Assembly: GCA_017507125.1 (NCBI GenBank)
Contig: JAFWBQ010000079.1
Location: forward strand, 1,732 to 65,731
Direction: 5' to 3'
DNA from: Lentisphaeria bacterium
GTDB taxonomy: Bacteria > Verrucomicrobiota > Lentisphaeria > Victivallales > Victivallaceae
Length of the DNA stretch: 64,000 bases
The notes under the pieces are model-generated. The model saw only the letters and a program-made list of their open reading frames with translations, ran no database searches and had not been told where the DNA came from. Positions 17,401 to 27,392 of this stretch are shown here, in pieces. How positions within the stretch are numbered: the stretch's first letter is position 1; every line of letters begins with the position of its first letter. The translations under genes and the position numbers were made by a program.

Positions 17401-18177
17401 ATGGAACAGGAATTTGCACTCGAAGCTGAAGATCTGCACTTGGGATACAATGACAGAATTGTTCTGCATGATCTCAATTTCTCGGTCAAAAAAGGGGAAA
17501 TTTTCGGAATACTCGGCAATTCCGGATGTGGAAAAAGTACTCTTCTCAAACATCTGATCGGCATATTTCCGCCTCTGAAAGGGAAAATTTCCCTTCTGGG
17601 AGAAATGCTTGATCTTTCTGACAAATCAGCCTACAACAGACTTATGACCCGTATCGGCGTCACATATCAGGGAGGCGCTCTTTTCGGTTCCATGACAGTC
17701 GCTGAAAACGTAGCGCTGCCGCTGGAACTCCACACAGACAAAAGTCCTGATGAAATCGCGAAGATCGTCAGTGAAAAACTCGCTCTTGTGGATCTGGCGG
17801 ACTTCGGAAACTTTATGCCGGGAGAACTTTCAGGCGGCATGCGTAAACGGGCAGGACTCGCCCGGGCCATTGCTCTGGATCCCCAATTGCTCTTCTTTGA
17901 CGAACCATCTGCCGGTCTTGATCCACTGGCTGCTGCCGCGCTGGACTCTCTGATACTTTCCATGCGCCGGCAGCTGGGCGTAACAGTGGTCATCGTCACC
18001 CATGAATTGGACAGCATTTACGCCATCACGGACCGGGTCATTATTATTGATAAAGCTGAAAAAACAATCGTTGCCGAAGGAGATCCGCGAAAATTACGCT
18101 GTGAATCAGAAAATCTTTTTGTCCGCAATTTTCTGAACCGCAACGGAATGAAAAGGAGTGTCGAACATTATGGATAA
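17401..18177 (+). CDS. mlaF: MlaF-type ABC transporter ATP-binding protein
   Basis: Walker A GNSGCGKST, signature LSGGMRKR, Walker B LLFFDEP. Confidence 0.9.
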   Translation: MEQEFALEAEDLHLGYNDRIVLHDLNFSVKKGEIFGILGNSGCGKSTLLKHLIGIFPPLKGKISLLGEMLDLSDKSAYNRLMTRIGVTYQGGALFGSMTVAENVALPLELHTDKSPDEIAKIVSEKLALVDLADFGNFMPGELSGGMRKRAGLARAIALDPQLLFFDEPSAGLDPLAAAALDSLILSMRRQLGVTVVIVTHELDSIYAITDRVIIIDKAEKTIVAEGDPRKLRCESENLFVRNFLNRNGMKRSVEHYG

Positions 18178-19159
18178 AAGCAAAAAACAGGAAATGCTTG
18201 CCGGAGTTTTTATTATTTCAGGGGTCATTCTGCTTCTGATCACACTGTTTGTTCTGGGACTGTCTGACCTTTTTGCCCACAAAATCATCATGCGGACAGG
18301 TTTTTCAGAGTCAGTCCAGGGATTGAGCCGCGGTTCTGCCGTCAAATACCGCGGTGTTCAAATCGGCAACGTTACAGAGATTTCGATTCTGGTGGATGAA
18401 AACATCATTCAGGTCGATATGGAAATAGATCCGGCGTTTTTTGCCGTCAACCGTCACAACAACCGTTTCCCGGACAGGGAGTTCCACGCCTTTTTCCAGA
18501 ATGAGATCAAAAACAAAGGATTGCGGGCACGGCTTGAAATGCTGGGAATCACCGGCATGAAATTCATTGATTTTGACTATTTTGCCAAGCCCGGAACGTC
18601 ACTCCCGGCGCCTCCCCGCTTTACCGGTCCCCGGGGAGTTCTTTACATTCCCGGCGTAACCTCCCAAATGAAAGATATCACAGGAACTCTGACCATGGCA
18701 GTTGACCGCCTGTCCAGGATCCGTTTTGAAAGGATCTCAGAACAGCTTGAGACAGCATTGACCGGTCTCGGACTGTTGCTCAATTCCCAGGAAATACGTT
18801 CAACTATTGCCAGGATCAACGATACTGCAGAAAATCTGGAAACCAGTTCCAGAGCCATTTCATCTGTACTCAGCGAATCAAGGATCCAGGGGGTCGTCAA
18901 CAGTCTTGAGCAGAATCTGACAGCGTTGAATCAGCTGCAGAAATCTGTTCTGGCGATTTCTCAGGATGCAAAAGTTCCTGAAACGACTGCTGTGCTGCGG
19001 CAATTTATCGAAGACTTTTCCGAAAGCCGGAAAGAAATCGACAATACATTACAGAAACTCAACCAGACCCTGGAGTCGATCCGGGGGCTGACAGATTATC
19101 TTTCAACAGATCCCGCCTCTTTGCTGCGGGGCAAACAAAAAAAGCCGGTCTCTGAATAA
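18158..19159 (+). CDS. mlaD: MCE-domain (MlaD-like) substrate-binding protein with a long C-terminal helical extension
   Basis: N-terminal TM anchor, MCE core (FSESVQGLSRGSAVKYRGVQIGNVTEISI) and a ~150-aa coiled-coil-like tail. 20-nt overlap with mlaF; ATG 18170 is an alternative start. Confidence 0.8.
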   Translation: MSNIMDKSKKQEMLAGVFIISGVILLLITLFVLGLSDLFAHKIIMRTGFSESVQGLSRGSAVKYRGVQIGNVTEISILVDENIIQVDMEIDPAFFAVNRHNNRFPDREFHAFFQNEIKNKGLRARLEMLGITGMKFIDFDYFAKPGTSLPAPPRFTGPRGVLYIPGVTSQMKDITGTLTMAVDRLSRIRFERISEQLETALTGLGLLLNSQEIRSTIARINDTAENLETSSRAISSVLSESRIQGVVNSLEQNLTALNQLQKSVLAISQDAKVPETTAVLRQFIEDFSESRKEIDNTLQKLNQTLESIRGLTDYLSTDPASLLRGKQKKPVSE

Positions 19160-19160
19160 A

Positions 19161-19556
19161 ATGAATATCGATCCTGAAATCGCCAAAGCAACCGGAGCGT
19201 TGCACTTGACCTATCCTAATTACAACGTGGAAACATATCAATTTATTTCCGACGCCGTTGCCTACACCATCGGAAAATTGGAAACACATCGTCATGTCTC
19301 CGCCAGAGAACTTCTGGGAGGGATCAAAGAGTACGCCTTTTTGCAGTACGGCGCAGTCGCACCTCAGGTTCTGTGCAGCTTCGGATTGCGCGGAGCAAGG
19401 AATGTCGGAGAAGTCGTCTATCTGCTTATCAGCGTCAAACTTCTTTCGGCCTCCCCGGAGGATTCTCCGGAAGATTTCAACATTACTTTCCCCTGGGAAG
19501 AAGAAAAAACGGCTGATACTGCCGGGATCGTTCTTCCGTTCATAGATGCAAAGTAA
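19161..19556 (+). CDS. Minf_1886 family (TIGR04138-like, Planctomycetes/Verrucomicrobia-restricted) small protein
   Basis: 131 aa. The pattern HVSARELLGGIKEYAFLQYG ... GEVVYLLISVKLL ... DSPEDF matches my recollection of this family. Not verified by search. Confidence 0.55.
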   Translation: MNIDPEIAKATGALHLTYPNYNVETYQFISDAVAYTIGKLETHRHVSARELLGGIKEYAFLQYGAVAPQVLCSFGLRGARNVGEVVYLLISVKLLSASPEDSPEDFNITFPWEEEKTADTAGIVLPFIDAK

Positions 19557-19570
19557 AGGAAAGAATAAAA

Positions 19571-22078
19571 ATGAAACTTTTCTCCAATATATGTTCTTAT
19601 ACCTGCTCCAATGGTTTGGGGATCCATGTGCTTCCCATGCCGGGAAGCGGTTCGATCGAACTGCAGTGTGCGATCCGCACCGGCAGTATCCATGAAGGGG
19701 AAAATCTGGGATGCGGTCTTTCTCATTTTCTGGAACACATGCTCTTTCAGGGGTGTGCAAACTTCCCCGGACGCAGCGGTGCCGAAAAAATCGAACGTGC
19801 CGGCGGCTCCGTCAACGCCTATACAAGCTATGACCGCACCGTCTATTACCTGAGAGTTCCGGAGTCTCACAAAGATCTTGCTGTTGAACTGCTCTGTTCC
19901 ATGATCCGTTTTCCGGAGCTCCCGGAAAAAAGATTTTGCGAGGAGAAAGAGGTTATCCTCAGAGAGTGCGATCTCTACTTTGATTCACCGGGAACCAAAA
20001 TGTTTCTGACCGGATTTGAAGCCCTTTTCGGAAATCATCCGGCAAGAGTTCCGATCATCGGTCACCGGGATATGATTTCCACTGTCACCCGGGATATGGC
20101 AGAGGCATATCATGCCCGCCGTTATACGCCGAACCGCTGCTTTTTCGCAGCTGTCGGCGCAATTGATCCGGAGTGGCTCTTCGGCAAGATCAACCAGCTG
20201 CTGGGTGATTGGAAAAGAGGCGGTCTTTGTGAAAATGCGCTTCCTGAAATCCCGGGGGCGCTGGCGCCGCGCGCCATAGAAACCGTCTTTCCTGATACCG
20301 TTTCACAGCTGGCATTGCTTCTTCCCCCTATCGCCCCCGGAGAAAACATGGCCGCAGAAGTTGTTTCCGGTATTCTTGCCGGCAGCAGCGCATCACGCCT
20401 GGTAAGGACTCTGGAACTTGAAAAAGAACTTGCCCTCAATGTGGATGCCGATATTGAAAGTTTCAGCGGTTTCAGCGTCCCGCTCATCAGTGCTGTCGCC
20501 ACCCCCGGTAAACTTGACAGACTTGAGTCGGCACTGCGCCGCGAACTTGAGTGCGTTGCTTCCGGCGATTTGGATGCCGATGAATTGCGCCGCGAAAAAA
20601 CACAGCGTTATGCCGATCAGCTGCGGCAGATGTGTGTTCCCTCTCACATTGCCTCAGCCATGGTTGACGGCGTAATGCTCAACTCCGATCCGGCATACGC
20701 CGGGGCGGCCCTTGAATCCCTGCAAAGACTGGAATTGGATGATATAAGAGACTTTGCAGCAAAAATGCTTGATGCAAAGAGTTTTCTCATGGTCAGACAG
20801 CGTCCGGAGCCGCCTGTTTCCCGTAAAGCGGCAGCGGTAAAAAAGATTGAGGTCACACCATCAAAAACGCCTTCCGGAGTTCAGTTGCTCACTGCTTCCG
20901 ACCACAATCTGGAACTGGTCAGTTTTTCCCTGCTGTTCCCCGGAGGAGCCATCTCAGAGCCCGCCGAAAAACGGGGGATCTCACATTGCATCGCCAATAC
21001 ACTCCTCAGCGGCTGCGGCAAACGCAATGAAAACCGCCTTGCAGCAACACTGGATCGTTATGGAATGGATGTGAGCTTTACCACCGGATTGAATACTTTT
21101 GCGGCAAAAATGAACGCTCCGCGCAAATATTTTTCAGATGCTTTCAAAGTTATGACAGAGCTGCTCGTGTCTCCTTCATTCCCGGAGCTTCCCTTTGAAC
21201 GGGAAAAAAAACGTCTGCTGGAAAAATTCCGCCGCCGTCAGATGAAACCTGCAAAAGCAGCGTTCCGGGCGGGATGCTTGGCACTTTTCGGATCCCACCC
21301 CTATGGATGCGGTGAACACGGAACCGTTGAATGTATCAAATCATTCACCCCGGAACTCGCCGGAAATTTCTGGAAGGAACTCTTTTCTGCGGACAACTGC
21401 ATCATGGGTTTTGCAGGAGATATCGATACCGATACTGCCGCAGCTAAAGCACAATATCTTGATGCCGCCGCTGATTGGCAGTCAAGAGAAATAAAACTTC
21501 CGGACTCCCCGGCATTTCCTGAAGAATCCCGTGTCATAAAACTGCCCATCGACAGGGAACAGACCGTCGTGATGAAACTTCTCTCCATCCCTCCCCTCAG
21601 AGGAGAGACCGGAATTATGTTCCACATGCTCAACATGGCTGAAAACGGCATGAACTCCAAACTCTTCCAAAAAGTCCGGGAAGATAAGGGGCTTGCCTAC
21701 TCTGTGGGCACCAAAGCCGCCGGCGGATTCCATCCGGGCGTCTTTGCCTTTTCTGCTGCGACCGCTGCAGAAAAAATCGCCGATGTGGAAGAGTGTTTCA
21801 ATGAAGAGATCTGCCGTCTTGCGTCTGAGGGGATCTCAGAAGAGGAATTCAATATGGCTCGGGATGCCATGCTTTTCCGTCTGGCACGCGCCTCAGAGTC
21901 TTCTCATGCCCTTCTGGAGTTTACCATGCTGGATATGTTCTATGGGGAACCTGTCAATGCTCTTGAACAGATTTCCCAAAAGCTCCGGGATTGTTCCGTC
22001 GAACGATTCAATTCCGTGATCCGGAACAGTTTCACCACTCCTGTAACAGTAACGGTCCACGCGGGAAGATTGTCGTAA
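19571..22078 (+). CDS. M16 (pitrilysin/insulinase) family zinc peptidase, fused two-half form
   Basis: Inverted zincin motif HFLEH (GLSHFLEHMLFQG) in the first half. The second, M16-like half lacks the motif. 835 aa. Confidence 0.85.
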   Translation: MKLFSNICSYTCSNGLGIHVLPMPGSGSIELQCAIRTGSIHEGENLGCGLSHFLEHMLFQGCANFPGRSGAEKIERAGGSVNAYTSYDRTVYYLRVPESHKDLAVELLCSMIRFPELPEKRFCEEKEVILRECDLYFDSPGTKMFLTGFEALFGNHPARVPIIGHRDMISTVTRDMAEAYHARRYTPNRCFFAAVGAIDPEWLFGKINQLLGDWKRGGLCENALPEIPGALAPRAIETVFPDTVSQLALLLPPIAPGENMAAEVVSGILAGSSASRLVRTLELEKELALNVDADIESFSGFSVPLISAVATPGKLDRLESALRRELECVASGDLDADELRREKTQRYADQLRQMCVPSHIASAMVDGVMLNSDPAYAGAALESLQRLELDDIRDFAAKMLDAKSFLMVRQRPEPPVSRKAAAVKKIEVTPSKTPSGVQLLTASDHNLELVSFSLLFPGGAISEPAEKRGISHCIANTLLSGCGKRNENRLAATLDRYGMDVSFTTGLNTFAAKMNAPRKYFSDAFKVMTELLVSPSFPELPFEREKKRLLEKFRRRQMKPAKAAFRAGCLALFGSHPYGCGEHGTVECIKSFTPELAGNFWKELFSADNCIMGFAGDIDTDTAAAKAQYLDAAADWQSREIKLPDSPAFPEESRVIKLPIDREQTVVMKLLSIPPLRGETGIMFHMLNMAENGMNSKLFQKVREDKGLAYSVGTKAAGGFHPGVFAFSAATAAEKIADVEECFNEEICRLASEGISEEEFNMARDAMLFRLARASESSHALLEFTMLDMFYGEPVNALEQISQKLRDCSVERFNSVIRNSFTTPVTVTVHAGRLS

Positions 22079-22187
22079 GAATCACATTTCCCCCTTTGAA
22101 AAAACCTCTTCATTCCACCTTTCCGGGAAAATAAATACGATTCCACTCAAAAAACAGAGATGTTTTGTGTTTTTTTCTTCTAAAGGG

Positions 22188-22216
22188 TTGAAAAAACAAA
22201 CTTTTCGGTGTATATT
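22188..22216 (+). promoter_or_regulatory. Predicted promoter TTGAAA-17-TATATT for the acyl-CoA synthetase unit
   Basis: -35 at 22188-22193 and -10 at 22211-22216, 46 nt before ATG 22263. Confidence 0.6.
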
Positions 22217-22262
22217 AGGTTGATTTATTATAAAGATTAACTTAATTGAGATGGAGTGAAAG

Positions 22263-23936
22263 ATGAGTGACGCCTGTTGCTGCCGTAAGGGTGCATCCCC
22301 GTTGACTATCGGCGGTTGGAGTTTGGATATCCCCGAATATTGCAATTGTGCATACGACGTGATAGATCGTTATGCCCAGGAGGATCCTGAAAAAACTGCT
22401 ATGATTTGGGTCAATCAGGAGGGCGTAGAAAAGCGTTTCACTTTTGCTGACCTTTCCAGACTTTCAAACAGGGCGGCGAATATGCTGCTTGACCAGGGGA
22501 TCCGTAAAGGCGACCGCGTTTTCCTGCTGCTGCCCCGCATCCCTGAGTGGTGGATCTTTTCAGCAGCGCTTATGAAGATAGGTGCCATTTCCTGCCCTGC
22601 CCCCACACTGCTTCAGCCTCATGATATCCGGTTCCGGATCAATTACGGCAAGTTCAAGGCGGTGATTGCCGACCTTGCGGGTACCGAAAAGGTGGATGAA
22701 GTCAAATCCCAATGTCCCAATCTCGAACACCTGATCACGGTGGAAGGAGCCCGCGAAGGCTGGGTCGATTTCTATAAGGAAGTTAAAGAAAAATCTTATT
22801 CCGAATCAGAACTTTCCTGCGGTAAGGTTGCGACAAAAGCCAAAGAGCCCATGCTTTTGATCTTCACCTCTGGAACCAGCAAGAATCCCAAACTTGTACA
22901 GCATACCTTTGATTATCCCTTCGGTCATCTTGTGACCGGCGGTCTCTGGCACGGACTCAAGAAAGGTGATCTGCATTTTGCCGTTTCAGATACCGGATGG
23001 GGAAAGAATGTCTGGAGCAACTATTTCGGACAGTGGATGATGGGTGCCACGCTCTTCATCTACGATATCCGCGGTAAATTTCATGCTGAGGAGCTTCTGC
23101 CTCTGCTTGAAAAATATGAAATCACCTCATTCTGTGCCCCCCCCACCATTTACCGGATGCTGGTTCTTTGTGACCTGAGCAAATACAAGTTCAGCAAACT
23201 CCGCAGCTGTACCGCCGCTGGCGAACCTCTTCATGCTGAGACTTGCCGTATCTGGCGCGAAGGCACCGGTATTACGATCCGTGAAGGTTACGGTCAAACT
23301 GAAACCGCTTCTCTCATTGCGACTTTCGCCGATACACCTCAGAAGATCGGCGCCATGGGTAAAGCCGCTCCAAACTGGCACATCGAACTTCATGATGATG
23401 ACGGTGTGGAAGTTCCTCAGGGAGAAATCGGCAGGATCGCCGTTAAGATCTCTGATGGTTTGCGTCCTGTGGGATTGCTTGACCAGTACATCGGTGCCGA
23501 TGATGACAATTCAAGTTATTTTATCAATGGCTACTATTACACCGGCGATAAAGCAAAACTTGATGAAGAAGGATATTACTGGTTCTGCGGCCGGAATGAT
23601 GATATCATCAAGAGTTCCGGATACCGTATCGGACCTATGGAAGTTGAAGAGGTCATCATGCGCCATGAATCAGTTCAGGAAGTCGCAGTCGTCGGCGCTC
23701 CTGACGCATTGCGCGGCGTCGTCATCAAAGCCTACATCGTCCTGAAAAAAGGGTATGAAGGTTCAGATGAACTCATCAAGGATATCCAGCATTTTGTCCG
23801 CGCGGAAACAGCTCCCTATAAATATCCCAGACTTATTGAGTTTGTGAAGGCTTTGCCTAAATCATTTTCCGGCAAAGTCAAACGCGAGATACTGCGTAAA
23901 CACGCTGAAAATGGCGGCGAACTCGTTATTGACTGA
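22263..23936 (+). CDS. AMP-forming acyl-CoA synthetase (medium-chain/ACSM-like)
   Basis: Adenylate-forming motifs LIFTSGTSKNPK, GYGQTE, YYTGD, GRNDDIIKSSGYRIGP and the terminal SGKVKR. Confidence 0.9.
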   Translation: MSDACCCRKGASPLTIGGWSLDIPEYCNCAYDVIDRYAQEDPEKTAMIWVNQEGVEKRFTFADLSRLSNRAANMLLDQGIRKGDRVFLLLPRIPEWWIFSAALMKIGAISCPAPTLLQPHDIRFRINYGKFKAVIADLAGTEKVDEVKSQCPNLEHLITVEGAREGWVDFYKEVKEKSYSESELSCGKVATKAKEPMLLIFTSGTSKNPKLVQHTFDYPFGHLVTGGLWHGLKKGDLHFAVSDTGWGKNVWSNYFGQWMMGATLFIYDIRGKFHAEELLPLLEKYEITSFCAPPTIYRMLVLCDLSKYKFSKLRSCTAAGEPLHAETCRIWREGTGITIREGYGQTETASLIATFADTPQKIGAMGKAAPNWHIELHDDDGVEVPQGEIGRIAVKISDGLRPVGLLDQYIGADDDNSSYFINGYYYTGDKAKLDEEGYYWFCGRNDDIIKSSGYRIGPMEVEEVIMRHESVQEVAVVGAPDALRGVVIKAYIVLKKGYEGSDELIKDIQHFVRAETAPYKYPRLIEFVKALPKSFSGKVKREILRKHAENGGELVID

Positions 23937-23966
23937 CAATTAGAGATTCCACCGGGAGAAGGCAGT

Positions 23967-24773
23967 ATGGAAACCTTGTTGAAACTTGACCGTCCTCTGG
24001 CAGTATTTGACATTGAAAGTACCGGCATAATGCCCACTCGTGACCGCATTGTTGAAATAGCGGTCCTCAAGATCACTCCGGAAGGCGAAAGCCGTTCAAC
24101 TGTTCGCAGACTGAATCCGGAAATGCCTATTCCGGCGGCAGCATCCGCGGTCCACGGGATCTATGATGCAGATGTGGCTGATTGTCCAACGTTCAGTGAT
24201 ATTGCAGAGAAGCTCTACAACTATCTTGACGGCTGTGACCTTGCCGGATACAATCTGAGTTCTTTTGACATCCCTATGCTTGAAACTGAATTCAAGCGTG
24301 CCGGTTATGATTTCAAATTGGAAGGCAGGCGTGTCCTTGACGCTTACAACATCTTTTGCAAGATGTTCCCCCGTACATTGACAGGGGCCTATAAATTTTT
24401 CTGCGGCAAAGATCTGGAAGGCGCCCACGGTGCCGCTGCAGACACAGATGCCACCTGGGAAGTTATTCAGGGGGAATTGGCAAAATACCCGGAGCTCCCC
24501 CGTGATATTGCCGGGCTTGCAGCATTCTGTGAGCAGAGTGAACCGGATATGGTGGATCGCACCCGCCGATTCCGTTGGGTGGGTGATGATGTGGTTGTGA
24601 ATTTCGGGAAATTTTCCGGACGTCAGCTCAAAGACATCGCCCAGAATGAACCGGGATTTTTGCGTTGGATCATGCGGAGTGATTTCCCTGCAGAAGTTCA
24701 AAAGATCGCCTCAGATGCCCTCATCGGCAAGTTCCCTGTCAAAAAACAAAATGGCGGAACTGACTCCAATTGA
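23967..24773 (+). CDS. DEDDh 3-prime-5-prime exonuclease (DnaQ/epsilon-like) with a C-terminal extension
   Basis: Exo motifs FDIESTG, NLSSFDIPML and HGAAADTDAT, plus a C-terminal ~70 aa (FGKFSGRQLKDIAQNEPGFLRWI). Confidence 0.85.
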   Translation: METLLKLDRPLAVFDIESTGIMPTRDRIVEIAVLKITPEGESRSTVRRLNPEMPIPAAASAVHGIYDADVADCPTFSDIAEKLYNYLDGCDLAGYNLSSFDIPMLETEFKRAGYDFKLEGRRVLDAYNIFCKMFPRTLTGAYKFFCGKDLEGAHGAAADTDATWEVIQGELAKYPELPRDIAGLAAFCEQSEPDMVDRTRRFRWVGDDVVVNFGKFSGRQLKDIAQNEPGFLRWIMRSDFPAEVQKIASDALIGKFPVKKQNGGTDSN

Positions 24774-25569
24774 CATCCGGCGTCTGGCATCACTGCTGGA
24801 TGATCCTGATGAGGTTGTGGCGATCGGTGCCATGGCAGAATTGCTCAACAGAGAAGGGGAACTCGGTGAACTCCCTGCCGAGTTACAGGAAAGTACCAGT
24901 CCGCTTATGCGCCGTCGTGTGCATCAGCTTCAAAGTGCCCTGACTATGATCCGCAGACGACGCCGTATTTCAGCGTTGCTCAGAAGCGATAAGGTCGATT
25001 TTCTTGATGCTCTTGTACAAATCCATCTTCAGTGGTTCGATAACGACTCAGAAGTATCTCTTTACAAGAAGATCGGCGGATTCTGTCAAGAGCTCAAACA
25101 CCACTCCTGCGGAACACTTGAGGAGATCGGAGATGCCTTCGCTGCCTGCGGCGTGACGGCAACTCCCGTTACGACATTGAAAGCGGAGCAACTCTGTCTT
25201 GGTGTTATGCTGGATGAAAAATGCGGGATTTCCCCCCTTTGGTGCGGCATGATCTGTGAATTGTATCCGACACTGAAATTGAAGACGCTCCGTCATCAGG
25301 GACGCTTTGCCGTAGCGGCAGAAGATTTCATCCTCATACCTGAGAACAATTGGGAGCTTTCACCTTTACCCGGCAAAAAGGAAATCGAATTCTGGGAGCC
25401 GCAGGCACTGCTCCGGCTGGCGGTCATGACATTGTTTTCTGCAGCTGTAAACAGTGACAGTTTCAGATACATCCTGACCATTGCCCAAGCCTTTACCGGC
25501 AAGGAAACAGCCGAACCTCTGGGAACCCTTCCTTATCCTTACAATCCGGAGCTGGAAGAACTTTCCTGA
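24751..25569 (+). CDS. Hypothetical protein
   Basis: Start trimmed to ATG 24751 (MAELTPIDIRRL), a 23-nt overlap with the exonuclease gene; the longest ORF starts at 24646. No family recognised. Confidence 0.5.
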   Translation: MAELTPIDIRRLASLLDDPDEVVAIGAMAELLNREGELGELPAELQESTSPLMRRRVHQLQSALTMIRRRRRISALLRSDKVDFLDALVQIHLQWFDNDSEVSLYKKIGGFCQELKHHSCGTLEEIGDAFAACGVTATPVTTLKAEQLCLGVMLDEKCGISPLWCGMICELYPTLKLKTLRHQGRFAVAAEDFILIPENNWELSPLPGKKEIEFWEPQALLRLAVMTLFSAAVNSDSFRYILTIAQAFTGKETAEPLGTLPYPYNPELEELS

Positions 25570-27392
25570 ATTTTTTTGATCTGCAGATGGATTTTCATTT
25601 CCACAGGATCTGCGGCATTATAGAGAAGTTCCACTTCATCCCCCTCCCTGATACCACCGTTGAAGCGGCATTTGCAGCAATATGCAAATTCAGGGATCAG
25701 CACGGTCAGACGTTCCCCCTGTTTTTCAACCACAGTTCCCCTCCCCTGCCACTGGGGATGTCTCTTGAAATAATGGAGCAAAAAATATTCATTGGCATAT
25801 TTTTCAAGTTTGTGGCGCATGGTCCCCGCTTCATCTGCACGGACAAGTCTCTTTTCGATATATTCCAAATCAAGAAGAGGTTCCTTTTTCAGGTAACGCC
25901 GGATCTGCTGATGTGCCAGAAGATCCGCATAGCGCCGCAAAGGACTTGTGACCCGGGAATAGGGGGTAAGTCCGAGACCGGAGTGCTTTCCGGCAGTAAC
26001 TCCAGTCACTCCGGCGGAACAGCTTCTGCGAAGCTGGAACATATCAGCAAGAGAATCCCCCAGAGTATCAAGGTCGATATCCGGAGCTGCCTGTGTCACA
26101 AATGGGAAAGGTATCCCTTCATCATACATAAACGCCGCGGTGGCGGCACCGGCGCAAAGCATGGCATTGGCAACCAGCTCCCGTTCCGGCGTGACCGGAC
26201 AGGGGGTAAATGTAATTGCGCCATCTTGAAGTCTGGTTTTGACTTCCGGAAGTTTTATGAACAAAGCACCGTCTGCCATACGCCGCAGGCGAAACCTTTC
26301 AAGAGCATCGCGCATGGCGATAAACTCAGGCGTTTCCATCAAAGAGGCCGCTGCACTTTCGTAAGAGTGACGCTCCGCCCGGATCACAGAGAGAGCGATC
26401 CTTTCAAGGTGGGGATATCCCTCTTCATCAATTCTGATGACAAAGGTCATTGCCGGAGTTTTTTCGCTCAACCCCAAACCGAATTTTTCAACAGCTCCTT
26501 CAGGCAGCATGGGAACTTGTATTTCTGGCAGATAACTGCTTTCTCCACGCCATGAAGCTTCCTCATCAGCATCACTTCCCGGAGTTACTGCAGACGCCGG
26601 ATCTGCGACATGAACATAAAGAAGTCCATCGGCAAAGGCAACAGCATCATCAGGATCGCTGCTTGAAGCATCATCAATGGCATAACAGGTATGTCCGGTC
26701 AAATCTTCTCTTTCTTCGGAGCTATCCGAATCCCCAAGCTCAGCTTGAGGCATGGAGATATCCACTCCCATCCGGCGGGGCCAGGGATCATAAAGTTCAT
26801 CCCAAATGCCCAAACGACATAAAAGAGCATGTGCCTTTTCAGGAACAGATTCAATATTCAACTCGCGCATCAATGAACTGTTCTCACTTTCGCCATTACC
26901 GACAGCTTCTATTTCCCGCAGAAACTTCAGATCTTCGCTCTGCAGAGAATTACTTCTGATCCGCTCAACAAGTTCCTCCCGCTGTTTTTTTCTGGATTCT
27001 TTTTCCTCCTGTTTCCGCAGAAGTTCCTCCCGCTTCTCAGGTGATTGCAGTTTTACTCCATCTGCGGGACTCCCGGTGAAGTAGATCCCTTCATTGAGGG
27101 CGTTCCAGGCATACCATGCTGCTGCCGGCGTATTTTCTCCATAGGCAAGTTCTGTAAATTCGGCAAATGAAAATCCATTTTCATCGGCAAGCTCGACAAG
27201 TTCGTTCCAATCCGTTTGCGGCGGAGGAGGAAAAGAAAGCGAAACGACAGGCCCGGCGTGCAGCAGCTCAAGATCCTTCATTCTGACTGAAGAACTTTTG
27301 CCATCCTGAGTTCTGATCTCGATTTTGTCTTTTCCCACAGCCGTAATGACGGCTGCCTTCCCTTTGTAAACTGCGAGTGTGCCGTTATTCAT
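25539..27392 (-). CDS. RNB-domain ribonuclease (RNase II/R family)
   Basis: RNB catalytic block CYAIDDASSSDPDDAVAF and later YSRVTSPLRRYADLLAHQQI. 617 aa. TGATG junction with the ribBA stop. Confidence 0.85.
   Translation of the reverse strand: MNNGTLAVYKGKAAVITAVGKDKIEIRTQDGKSSSVRMKDLELLHAGPVVSLSFPPPPQTDWNELVELADENGFSFAEFTELAYGENTPAAAWYAWNALNEGIYFTGSPADGVKLQSPEKREELLRKQEEKESRKKQREELVERIRSNSLQSEDLKFLREIEAVGNGESENSSLMRELNIESVPEKAHALLCRLGIWDELYDPWPRRMGVDISMPQAELGDSDSSEEREDLTGHTCYAIDDASSSDPDDAVAFADGLLYVHVADPASAVTPGSDADEEASWRGESSYLPEIQVPMLPEGAVEKFGLGLSEKTPAMTFVIRIDEEGYPHLERIALSVIRAERHSYESAAASLMETPEFIAMRDALERFRLRRMADGALFIKLPEVKTRLQDGAITFTPCPVTPERELVANAMLCAGAATAAFMYDEGIPFPFVTQAAPDIDLDTLGDSLADMFQLRRSCSAGVTGVTAGKHSGLGLTPYSRVTSPLRRYADLLAHQQIRRYLKKEPLLDLEYIEKRLVRADEAGTMRHKLEKYANEYFLLHYFKRHPQWQGRGTVVEKQGERLTVLIPEFAYCCKCRFNGGIREGDEVELLYNAADPVEMKIHLQIKKIQESSSSSGL

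Noticed and set aside
22151-22177. Possible terminator after the M16 peptidase gene (AAAACA-gaga-TGTTTT followed by a T7 run).
   Set aside because: The stem is only 6 bp and entirely A-U/G-U poor in G-C, so its predicted stability is too low to call a terminator with confidence.
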